NCBI GenBank assembly: GCA_934154805.1
Contig: CAKPGM010000001.1
Location: 6,177 to 70,176 of the forward strand
DNA from: an uncultured Clostridia bacterium
Lineage (GTDB): Bacteria; Bacillota; Clostridia; TANB77; CAG-508
Direction of reading: 5' to 3'
Length of the DNA: 64,000 nt
Both the position numbers and the translations under genes were made by a program. The notes under the pieces were generated by a model. That model was not told the DNA's origin and did no database searches. It saw only the letters and a program-made list of their open reading frames with translations. Shown here one piece after another: positions 40,519 to 48,291 of the stretch. How positions within the stretch are numbered: position 1 is the stretch's first letter; each line of letters starts with the position of its first letter.

Positions 40519-41145
40519 ATGAAATTCGAAAAGGTAAATAATGATAAGATAAAAATAACATTAAGTATGGATGACTTAAAAGCTAATGATATAGATTTCC
40601 ATTCTTTTATGGCAAATTCTCAAGAAACAGAATCTTTATTTTTAGCCGTTTTAGATAAAGCAGAAAGAGATTATGGTTTTTCTACCGACAATTACGATCT
40701 TAAAGTAGAAACACTTGCATTAGATAGTGGAAGTTTTATTGTAACAATAACTAGAAGCCGTTCTGAAGATAGAAAAAATATAATTCCAAAAAAGAGGTTT
40801 AAGGTTTCTAGAAAATCACCTAGCAATTCTTTTCCCTCTCTAATATATAGATTTTCAACTTTTGAAGATTTTTGCCAGTTTGTTGAATCTTTATCTTCTA
40901 TTAATTTATATGATGTAGATAAGATATCAAAGATTTCAATGCTATATAGTTATAATAATTCATTTTATTTAGTATTGGATAATATAAATTCTAAATATCC
41001 TAACCTAAATACATTTTCATCAATCATAACCGAATTTGCTACATATGTTAATGGCTCTCCAGTATTTATAGCAAAACTATATGAATCTGGCAAATTAATT
41101 ATAAAAAATCACGCAATAAGGGTTTGTAATAAATATTTTTCTTAA
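40519..41145 (+). CDS. mecA: adaptor protein MecA (ClpC adaptor family)
   Basis: 208 aa. The N-terminus MKFEKVNNDKIKITLSMDDLKANDIDFHSFMANSQETESLFLAVLDKAERDYGF follows the MecA pattern. Confidence 0.75.
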   Translation: MKFEKVNNDKIKITLSMDDLKANDIDFHSFMANSQETESLFLAVLDKAERDYGFSTDNYDLKVETLALDSGSFIVTITRSRSEDRKNIIPKKRFKVSRKSPSNSFPSLIYRFSTFEDFCQFVESLSSINLYDVDKISKISMLYSYNNSFYLVLDNINSKYPNLNTFSSIITEFATYVNGSPVFIAKLYESGKLIIKNHAIRVCNKYFS

Positions 41146-41154
41146 ATACTAAAT

Positions 41155-41225
41155 GACAGACTTTTTCTCTGAAGTCTGCCATTTTTATTTTAAAAGATGT
41201 AGATAATGTCATATCTACATCTTTT
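41155..41225. terminator. two adjacent hairpins forming a convergent/bidirectional terminator region (mecA / M23 peptidase)
   Basis: Hairpin 1 is 41155-41180, followed by a T-run at 41182-41186 (plus direction). Hairpin 2 has a 13-bp perfect stem, aaaagatgtagat 41192-41204 / atctacatctttt 41213-41225, and abuts the stop of the minus-strand gene at 41230. Confidence 0.55.
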
Positions 41226-41229
41226 ACTT

Positions 41230-42153
41230 TTAATATACATAGTTTTGTGGATCTTGTGCCACTCCATTAACTCTTACTTCAAAATGTAAATGATTACCGT
41301 AAGATCTTCCAGTATTTCCTACAAATGCTATAACTTGTCCTTGTGATACCTGTTGTCCTACCGTTACATTTAGACTATTGCAATGTCCATATAATGTTTG
41401 TACACCATTTCCATGAGATATTAATAAATGTCTACCATATCCTCCACCCCATTCATCATCTACAACATCAGTAACTGTTCCTGCTGCTACTGCTTGTATT
41501 GGAGTGTCTTTTGCTGCTCCTATATCTATTCCTGTATGGCTTCTTCCCCATCTTCCACCAAATCTTGAAGTTACTACTCCTGATATTGGTCTTATTAGAG
41601 CAATTCCTAATTCTATTTTTTCACCTGATGTATTTACTCCAGATACTCCGATTCCACTTGCTCTAACTTTAACAACTTTTTTCTTATATAAAGATGATAC
41701 ACAAGTCTCTACATCTGTAAATTCAGCCTTCGTAGTGTTATATTTTTCTGCTATTGTTATCTTTTCAGCGTTTGTACTTTCTTTATCTTTTAGCTGTTGT
41801 ATAACATCCTCTGCTTCTTCAAATTTAGAAACATTGTATTTTTCTTCTCCATCTTCTAGTATAGCATAATATCTATAATATACAGTTCCATCGCCTACTA
41901 TTTTGTTGTATATCTCTTCGTCGTTTGTTTCAACATCTCTTTTTAATAAGCAAAGGTTATATTCTGGCATATTATCTATTTGCATAAATGCAACATTTTC
42001 TCCATCACCTTTTCTCATTGCCTCGTTAATTCGTAATTGTAATTGGCTTTTATTTTGAGTGTATCCTATAAATTCATCATTTAGTGTTACACTATAGGTT
42101 GGTTTATATATGTAAAGAGTTAGTCCTGTTAACATTACTCCCGCTATTACCAT
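41230..42153 (-). CDS. M23-family (LytM-type) peptidoglycan endopeptidase
   Basis: 307 aa: HTGIDIGA and GNHLHFEV motifs. The reading frame stays open upstream of the ATG (…VKKSLSHLRKSVKVVII), so the true start may be a non-ATG codon near 42230, after AGGAG. Confidence 0.8.
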   Translation of the reverse strand: MVIAGVMLTGLTLYIYKPTYSVTLNDEFIGYTQNKSQLQLRINEAMRKGDGENVAFMQIDNMPEYNLCLLKRDVETNDEEIYNKIVGDGTVYYRYYAILEDGEEKYNVSKFEEAEDVIQQLKDKESTNAEKITIAEKYNTTKAEFTDVETCVSSLYKKKVVKVRASGIGVSGVNTSGEKIELGIALIRPISGVVTSRFGGRWGRSHTGIDIGAAKDTPIQAVAAGTVTDVVDDEWGGGYGRHLLISHGNGVQTLYGHCNSLNVTVGQQVSQGQVIAFVGNTGRSYGNHLHFEVRVNGVAQDPQNYVY

Positions 42154-42305
42154 TATTATTACTACTTTTACTGATTTTCTTAAATGTGATAAGGATTTTT
42201 TTACTATATTTATGATAAACAGCTCCTATCTTTTTAATTTTTACTTTTTATATTTTATATTAAATTGCTTTTTTTCTCAAGTACTACTTTACATAATTTT
42301 AGATT

Positions 42306-42906
42306 TTATTTTTCTTCTTTTACGGATTCAATCTCTTCGTCTGTCGCTCCAGAGTATTTTTTTATTAACTCTATTTCCAAATTATCTTTCAACATTCTTT
42401 TAATAATTTCTGTTTTTGTTTCTTTTACTCCGTAATTCTTTTCCTATTTCTGTTCCTTCTCTAATTCCAGTATTGTATAGTGCTTTTTCATCCATTATGG
42501 CTTTTTGTCTTAGTTCTGCTAGTCTCTCCATTTTCTCATCTTCGCTCATTTCTCTTACTGTTATTACTGCTTTTTTTACATCTTCATTCTTTTCCATAAT
42601 TTCTTTAACCTCCTCAGAGTTCGGATCTTCTAAAAACATTACCCATTGGTTCTTCTTATTATTCTTATCATTTTGGTATGCTTCTCTTACTCTTTTTAAG
42701 TTAATTATACGTATTTCAAACACGTCTGTCAACACTTTCTCTGGCTTTTCTTTTTCTCTTACGTTCCATATTGTTTCCATTCTTTTTAACTCTTTCGTTA
42801 CATCTATTTCAAAATCTGTTATTGCTATTATTACTACTTTTCTTGCTTTATTATATGTATCTCCTCTCTGTATTTGCTTGGCATATATTCTTAAAATTCG
42901 ACATGT
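42306..42906 (-). pseudogene. decayed Rpn-family (YhgA-like, PD-(D/E)XK) recombination-promoting nuclease / putative transposase gene
   Basis: The frame of track ORF 42400-42780 stays open upstream without an ATG (…RILRIYAKQIQRGDTYNKARKVVIIAITDFEIDVTKELKR-METIW…) until a stop at 42907-42909, so the nuclease N-terminus is missing. After ...EIGKE, the +1 frame continues with family-typical sequence (KNYGVKETKTEIIKRMLKDNLEIELIKKYSGATDEEIESVKEEK) to a stop at 42306-42308. This implies a 1-nt indel in the A-run near 42445. Confidence 0.55.
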
Positions 42907-43029
42907 TTATAGAAACTGAAAATAAGTTTATCTATTTTCTATTAGCCTTCATACTTGATCACTGGTTTTATAAAAAATAAATAAACTTATTTTTGACGAC
43001 ACAAACAAAGCCTGTTATTATACAGTCCT

Positions 43030-43383
43030 TTAATCTTCTTTCATCTTACTTAGTATTGTTGACATACTATTGCAAAACAAGATCATATCATCTATATTTT
43101 TATTGTCACATTTTCTCATTATATTTTCTAGTTCTTTATTGATTTCTTTTGACTTTAATTCTTTGTTAGTCATTTTATCAAAAAATATGATCCTATCTAA
43201 TGAGAGTTGCAATACCGTACAAATTTTTAAAACTGTTTCTACACTAGGTTTTGTTTTTCCTCTTTCTATATTGCTATAAAAGTTATTAGAAATATCTGCC
43301 TGCTCTGCAACCTCTGTTTGCTTCATATTTAGTTCTTCTCTCTTTTGTTTAAACATTTTTCTTAATTCTTCATAATAGTTCAT
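43030..43383 (-). CDS. XRE-family helix-turn-helix transcriptional regulator
   Basis: 117 aa. HTH_3 motif: LNMKQTEVAEQADISNNFYSNIERGKTKPSVETVLKICTVLQLSLD. Confidence 0.8.
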   Translation of the reverse strand: MNYYEELRKMFKQKREELNMKQTEVAEQADISNNFYSNIERGKTKPSVETVLKICTVLQLSLDRIIFFDKMTNKELKSKEINKELENIMRKCDNKNIDDMILFCNSMSTILSKMKED

Positions 43384-43526
43384 AGTAAATAAGCCTCTCT
43401 AAATATATTCCTTATAATGATTTTATAATTTTATTGATTCGAAATAAATATTCTACAAGTCTATTGCATTATATCTATAAGTATGTTATTATAAATAAAA
43501 AAATATACTTATGGAGAATTTATATT

Positions 43527-43790
43527 ATGAATATAGATACTTTAAATAGTTTTATAGAAAACAGAATTCAAGACAATTATTCTATCTTACTTGATAATTT
43601 AAAATACATATCTCTTAATGATGTGTACACAAATAAATACCAATCCTTTATATCTAAAATTTCAGATGATGATAAAACATTGTTCAATGAACTTATAGAT
43701 ATTAAGAGCAGTCTTTTTACAGAGGAAATTTATCTATCTTATATTGTGGGACTTCACGATGGATTCGAATTTAATAAAGGAATTAAATAA
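43527..43790 (+). CDS. small hypothetical protein (87 aa)
   Basis: The ATG at 43527 follows GGAGA. The track ORF begins earlier, at 43434. Its end, ...YLSYIVGLHDGFEFNKG, loosely resembles the end of ORF 63048-63338. Confidence 0.45.
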   Translation: MNIDTLNSFIENRIQDNYSILLDNLKYISLNDVYTNKYQSFISKISDDDKTLFNELIDIKSSLFTEEIYLSYIVGLHDGFEFNKGIK

Positions 43791-43808
43791 CAAAAGAAAG
43801 GAAATGTT

Positions 43809-44210
43809 ATGAGCAAATTATATGATACATATAAGAATTTAAAGCTATGCGAAAACAATTATATTTATCTGTTCAAATCTGGTATTTTTTATATTTTACT
43901 AGCTGATGATGCTAAGCGTGTTTCTCTTTCTTTAGGACTAAAACTTACTAAGTTTAATGATGAGGTTCTAAAATGTGGCTTTCCTATTTCTGCAAAAGAT
44001 AAATATTTTCAGTTACTTAAAAATCATAATTTTGATTTTAAAATAATAGACAATAATACATCTTATAATATATGTGAATATACAGTAAAAAATGGATTTC
44101 AGGAAATGTTAGATACAATTTTAAAGGTGGATACTAATAATTTATCAATTAAAGAAGCTTATGAATTTATAGACAAAATAAAAAATATGGCTAACGCTTT
44201 ATCGCATTAG
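43809..44210 (+). CDS. small MutS-domain-I-like protein (MSL-like), copy B
   Basis: 133 aa. YDTYKNLKLCENNYIYLFKSGIFYILLADDAKRVSLSLGLKLTKFNDEVLKCGFPISAKDKYFQLLKNHNFDFKIID aligns by eye with the E. coli MutS N-terminus ([46 protein letters not shown]...[28 protein letters not shown]). Its 3' end overlaps the RT gene's 3' end by 4 nt, in convergent orientation. Confidence 0.6.
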   Translation: MSKLYDTYKNLKLCENNYIYLFKSGIFYILLADDAKRVSLSLGLKLTKFNDEVLKCGFPISAKDKYFQLLKNHNFDFKIIDNNTSYNICEYTVKNGFQEMLDTILKVDTNNLSIKEAYEFIDKIKNMANALSH

Positions 44211-45151
44211 CTCTTTTTCAATAGGTTTTTATAACAAGTTATGCTGTTAGTTAGATTAATTAAATCTATTTTTTTGTTTTCATATAGATATTTCTTGTAT
44301 TTTATTTTTCTTTTCATACTTCTATATTTTGCATATCCTCCCCTCTTATTGCGTCCTAAAAATATAAAATTATTCGTGTTTTTATATATTCTGCTTTTTC
44401 TATTTAGAACTAACTTTTCTTTATTTAAAAATATTTTAATCTTTTCAAAACACTCTTTTAGATATTCTTTTGAAGGATGAAACAACAAAAAGTCGTCCTG
44501 ATATCTTACATAATATTTTATTTTTAAATCTTCTTTTATATAATGATCTAAATCATTTAAGTAAAACACTGCTAAAACTTGACTAGTCATATTGCCTATT
44601 CCCAGTCCATTTTCTTCACTATCAATTATCTTAAACACAATATTGAGCGCATCTTTATCCTTTATTCTTTTGACTATTTTCTCTTTTAATCTCGTATGAT
44701 CTATACTCGCAAAGAATTTACTAATATCGCATTTTAATATATAATAGTCTTTGTACTTTATATTACACTTTCTAATAAAGTTTCTCTCAAGTCTCAATCC
44801 CTCTTTTGTTCCTCGATCTTTAATACTTGCTACATTCTCTGGTATTAAGCAAGGATTTAAAGTCGGATAAAGTATCTGTCTACTTACTAAATGATTTATA
44901 ATTTTATCTTGTAAATTTTGACTCACTATCCTTCGCTCTTTTGGTTCATATATTTTAAAAACTGTATATGGTCCAACTTCATAGTTTTTATTTATCATAA
45001 TATCGTATATTCTGCTTATATAAACACACTTATATTCTTTATATTTTCTTACTTTTCTTTTGTTTTTTGTATTTTTACATACTTCATCAAAAGCCTGCAT
45101 TATATTTTCCATCTTACAAACATATTGATATAAATTATTTTTTCTTTTCAT
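44207..45151 (-). CDS. DGR-type reverse transcriptase
   Basis: 314 aa: EPKERRIVS (motif 2), GLGIGNMTSQVLAVFYLN (the I/LGxxxSQ motif diagnostic of DGR RTs), and VRYQDDFLLF (the catalytic YxDD box). It has no maturase or endonuclease extension. It lies 208 nt downstream of the TR. Confidence 0.9.
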   Translation of the reverse strand: MKRKNNLYQYVCKMENIMQAFDEVCKNTKNKRKVRKYKEYKCVYISRIYDIMINKNYEVGPYTVFKIYEPKERRIVSQNLQDKIINHLVSRQILYPTLNPCLIPENVASIKDRGTKEGLRLERNFIRKCNIKYKDYYILKCDISKFFASIDHTRLKEKIVKRIKDKDALNIVFKIIDSEENGLGIGNMTSQVLAVFYLNDLDHYIKEDLKIKYYVRYQDDFLLFHPSKEYLKECFEKIKIFLNKEKLVLNRKSRIYKNTNNFIFLGRNKRGGYAKYRSMKRKIKYKKYLYENKKIDLINLTNSITCYKNLLKKS

Positions 45152-45358
45152 TAGTTTACTCCTTTATAATAATAAAAAGAAGTAGTTATAAAACTACTTC
45201 AAAAACAGTTCTAAAATATAATCCCTTTCGCAAATGCTACTAACAATCATATTTATCTATTTTTATTTATAACATATATATGTTAAAGGACTACGGTTTG
45301 TTTCTATATTATCTCTTATATGATATATTAGCATATAACCACAGTGTATAGAAGCTAT

Positions 45359-45502
45359 GGGGCGGACACCAAAGCCGTTAGCATTCCAGTTACCGTTCGA
45401 GTTGAACATATTGTTGCCAGCGTTGACATTGCCGTTATTAACATCACCAGGACCGAAGTTAGCATTGTCAGAGTTAGCATTAACAGCGGGCGAAGCTAGC
45501 CA
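45359..45502 (-). ncRNA. DGR template repeat (TR)
   Basis: 144 nt that align without gaps to 46556-46699. TR differs from VR at 23 positions, and 21 of those are adenines in the TR sense strand (T on the plus strand). It lies between avd and the RT. Confidence 0.9.
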
Positions 45503-45523
45503 CATCAACCAAGCCCTATAAAA

Positions 45524-45871
45524 CTAATTTATATTAATAGTTTTTTTCCATCCAGTTGCATATTTTATTATATCATCTAATTTTTGCCCAAATTTTACAT
45601 ATCTTTTGCTATTTATGATCTCTTTGTCATAGCATAGATTTAGTAAAAAATCTATGACTTTAACTTTTGCAATTATGTTTTCTATTAGATCTTCTCTTTT
45701 ATCTTGAGAAGTAAGATTCGCTTTATATGCAAGTTCTAACAACTCATAGCTTTCTTCTTTTAATTTGCTTTTTATTTCTATATCTTTTTTAGGAAAATTA
45801 TTTAGATGTACATCCATATAAACTATTAATTCTCTAATGTAATTTATTACTTTAAATTTTTCTTCTTTCAT
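45524..45871 (-). CDS. avd: DGR accessory variability determinant (Avd; four-helix-bundle, 23S-rRNA-IVS protein family)
   Basis: 115 aa, basic and helical (…INYIRELIVYMDVHLNNFPKKDIEIKSKL…AKVKVIDFLLNLCYDKEII…KFGQKLDDIIKYATGWKK). It lies immediately upstream of the TR and overlaps the preceding gene by 20 nt. Confidence 0.75.
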   Translation of the reverse strand: MKEEKFKVINYIRELIVYMDVHLNNFPKKDIEIKSKLKEESYELLELAYKANLTSQDKREDLIENIIAKVKVIDFLLNLCYDKEIINSKRYVKFGQKLDDIIKYATGWKKTININ

Positions 45872-46301
45872 TTATTAAACTCTCTATTTGGCTTATTAAT
45901 TCCTTATCTTTGTTATAAGTATTTAAATAATTTGTTATTTTCTCTATTCTTATTTTGATTGCATTTTCTGCCTTTCCCAACTCATAATATTTTTCATAAT
46001 TATTCAAATTCTTAAAGTTACTGTTTTCTCGTTCTTCATAGTTATTTCTTCTGTCTAGCACTATGTAATTTATTTTTTTACTTTCTAGTTGAGCTATTAC
46101 TTTATTATATGCCGATTTTGGAAAAGAACATGAATAGATATTGTTTTCTAAAATTTTTATTTTGTATTTTTCTAGATAACTAATTATAAAAGTATCTTTT
46201 CCATAGCAATAATAAAATGAACCTATTTCTATGAGTACTATATAATTTTTGCATATTTGTTTTACATTTTGTACCATATTTATTATTTTTTCTATCTTCA
46301 T
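45852..46301 (-). CDS. small MutS-domain-I-like protein (MSL-like), copy A
   Basis: 149 aa. KQICKNYIVLIEIGSFYYCYGKDTFIISYLEKYKIKILENNIYSCSFPKSAYNKVIAQLESKKINYIVLD follows the same pattern as copy B and MutS domain I. It sits between the DGR target gene and avd. Confidence 0.55.
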   Translation of the reverse strand: MKIEKIINMVQNVKQICKNYIVLIEIGSFYYCYGKDTFIISYLEKYKIKILENNIYSCSFPKSAYNKVIAQLESKKINYIVLDRRNNYEERENSNFKNLNNYEKYYELGKAENAIKIRIEKITNYLNTYNKDKELISQIESLINERRKI

Positions 46302-46393
46302 TTGTTCCTCTTTTAAAGCGAGCCCCCAGAAGTCACGAGGCCTTCTTGGGGCTTTTGCTGTTTATGTTTTGCATTCAAACAAGTTATTACTTA

Positions 46394-47746
46394 TTAGCTG
46401 GCTCCTCCACCTGAATTCCCGTAATTGCCTGCCTCTCCGTTTGTTGCATTTCCATTTGCTACAGCATCATTATTTGAGTATGCTGACCAATCGTCTTCTT
46501 TTCCATCTATTACGTGCAAATCTTCAATAGTGATATTAGAATTTAGATAAACTAGGGGGCGGACACCAAAGCCGTCAGCAAACCAGCCACCGCCCGAGAT
46601 GAACATATCGACGCCAGCGAAGACACCGCCGTTACCCACATCACCAGGACCGAAGATAGCATCGTCAGAGTAAGCATAAACACCGGGCGAAGCTAGCCAG
46701 TAAGACTTTGCATAATTTGCATCACTTGTTGTTCCACTAAACAATATTGTTTTTAATGCATCATCAATTGTTAGGTTACCCCATTGATAATAATATGCTG
46801 TTGCTGGTTCTGTTTTTGTACCTTCTGTTGCATTTGTTTTATTATTTATATAACTCTCTGGGGTATAATCACTTGATTTATATGTATATTGATTTCCTAA
46901 TACTCCCCATTTGTCTATATTAGTGTTTGAGTCTGTATTTGCATATACCTTTTGGTTAGTATAATCTACTGTCACTCCTATTAATCTATTGATTTCTTCT
47001 GCTGTCAAACTTTGTGCTGTTCCTAAACTTGTGCTATATATCCCACTTATATTTTTTAATATTGTTTTGCAATTTACATATGAATATGCTCCTTTTAAAA
47101 CCAGATATGGTGACTTTTCCCAATCTTCTGCTGTAGTATCTGTTTTCATTTCCTTTTTTATTGGACTTTGTGAGATCAACATTAGTTTTTCACCTGTTTT
47201 ATCTAGTCCTAACACTTGCCAATATGTGTTTTTTGTTGCTGTATATTTTTGGTCTGCCCATCCATTTTCATTTGTTACTGTTGTATAAGTCTTACTTTCA
47301 TCCACATAATCATTATAATTTAAATAATCCCCGACTTTTATATTTCCATCTTTAAACGCTTGTACTAAAGTTTTAGCATCTGATGGGAATCTTACTGTTT
47401 CTTTCCCTATTACTAGCTCTTTTGTGTCTTTTATGGTATTAATATCATCTTCACTTATTAGCCCTCTATCTTTTAATCTTGTTAAAAAGTCATCCATACT
47501 TTCGTGTGACCCTGCACCATTATCTGATGCAAATTTTTCAGCTTCCCATAGGCTTATTTCATCTCTTATTGAGCCAGCTCTACTTGCGTTTCTTGCATCT
47601 TTTGATTTCTGGATTATACCATTTTGATCAACTAACAAATTGATACTTACACCCGCCAGTATCAAAAGTACTACAATTGTTACTACTAGTGCTATTAATG
47701 TTATAGCATTTTGGTTCTTTAGCTTAATGTTTTTACTTTGTTTCAT
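46394..47746 (-). CDS. DGR variable (target) protein: pilin-like N-terminal hydrophobic segment and C-terminal variable ligand-binding (C-type-lectin-fold-like) region
   Basis: I chose the start at 47746 (MKQSKNIKLKNQNAITLIALVVTIVVLLILAGVSI…) after GGAGG. The track ORF starts 15 codons earlier. The C-terminal sequence YWLASPGVYAYSDDAIFGPGDVGNGGVFAGVDMFISGGGWFADGFGVRP is encoded by the VR. Confidence 0.85.
   Translation of the reverse strand: MKQSKNIKLKNQNAITLIALVVTIVVLLILAGVSINLLVDQNGIIQKSKDARNASRAGSIRDEISLWEAEKFASDNGAGSHESMDDFLTRLKDRGLISEDDINTIKDTKELVIGKETVRFPSDAKTLVQAFKDGNIKVGDYLNYNDYVDESKTYTTVTNENGWADQKYTATKNTYWQVLGLDKTGEKLMLISQSPIKKEMKTDTTAEDWEKSPYLVLKGAYSYVNCKTILKNISGIYSTSLGTAQSLTAEEINRLIGVTVDYTNQKVYANTDSNTNIDKWGVLGNQYTYKSSDYTPESYINNKTNATEGTKTEPATAYYYQWGNLTIDDALKTILFSGTTSDANYAKSYWLASPGVYAYSDDAIFGPGDVGNGGVFAGVDMFISGGGWFADGFGVRPLVYLNSNITIEDLHVIDGKEDDWSAYSNNDAVANGNATNGEAGNYGNSGGGAS
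46556..46699 (-). repeat. DGR variable repeat (VR) inside the target gene
   Basis: It is the counterpart of TR 45359-45502 at a constant offset of 1197 nt. 14 of the 15 Asn (AAY) codons in the TR are replaced in the VR by Y, D, I, G, F or V codons. Confidence 0.9.
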
Positions 47747-47844
47747 TTGTTTACCTCCATATATTCTTAAAAATTTGGTTATTATATTCATATCTTATAT
47801 CAACAATTTCCTTTTGTAAATACTTTTCGAGATTTTTTCTTATT

Positions 47845-47867
47845 TTTATGCGTTTTATTCGCATAAA
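47845..47867. promoter_or_regulatory. inverted repeat (candidate operator) in the divergent target/XRE control region
   Basis: tttatgcg (47845-47852) and cgcataaa (47860-47867) form perfect 8-bp arms with a 7-nt spacer. The repeat lies in the 165-bp region between the divergent DGR target gene and the XRE gene. Confidence 0.3.
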
Positions 47868-47911
47868 AAATCATTTATTGTTGAATAATATACTGATATA
47901 TTTATTAGTAG

Positions 47912-48256
47912 GTGATTATTTTGGATTCAGATAAGATAAAAATAGGCAAAGCTTTAAAGAAATATAGAATGATAAAAGGTTATACTCAAGAGGATGTAGC
48001 TGATATTACAGGTCTTGCTCCTAGATATATTAGTCAAATTGAAAGAGGTTTCTCTTCTGGTAGTATTTCTACGTTGATCAAATTATGTGATGCTTATGGG
48101 ATTACTCCTAATCACGTCTTATACACTATGACTAACAATCCCGATGATTGTTCTAGTTACAATTCTATTTCTGGTTATAATGAGCTAAATAAAAAGAATC
48201 GTTTTGTCGTAGATTCTTTAATAGATATATTAATAAAGCAACAAGGCAAAAAATAA
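47912..48256 (+). CDS. XRE-family helix-turn-helix transcriptional regulator
   Basis: 114 aa. HTH_3 motif: GYTQEDVADITGLAPRYISQIERGFSSGSISTLIKLCDAYGITPNHVL. The start is non-ATG: either the GTG at 47912 or the TTG at 47921, after AGGTGA. Confidence 0.75.
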   Translation: MIILDSDKIKIGKALKKYRMIKGYTQEDVADITGLAPRYISQIERGFSSGSISTLIKLCDAYGITPNHVLYTMTNNPDDCSSYNSISGYNELNKKNRFVVDSLIDILIKQQGKK

Positions 48257-48291
48257 ATTTAAAAAAGAGGATATAACATCCCCTTTTTTAT

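Noticed and set aside
44207-45151. Reverse transcriptase as a group II intron or retron RT
   Set aside because: It has no maturase (X) or endonuclease domains, and no flanking intron RNA domains (a domain V-like hairpin) were seen. The IGNxxSQ motif, the adjacent Avd and the A-biased TR/VR pair fit a DGR instead. Retron RTs lack the SQ motif and pair with msr/msd repeats, which were not seen.
45263-45508. Track ORF of 81 aa (MMWLASPAVNANSDNANFGPGDVNNGNVNAGNN…) on the minus strand
   Set aside because: It starts at a TTG with no SD. Its Asn-rich sequence is simply the adenine-rich DGR template repeat read in the VR frame. After the repeat it runs into unrelated sequence. I interpret it as the TR (non-coding), not a protein gene.
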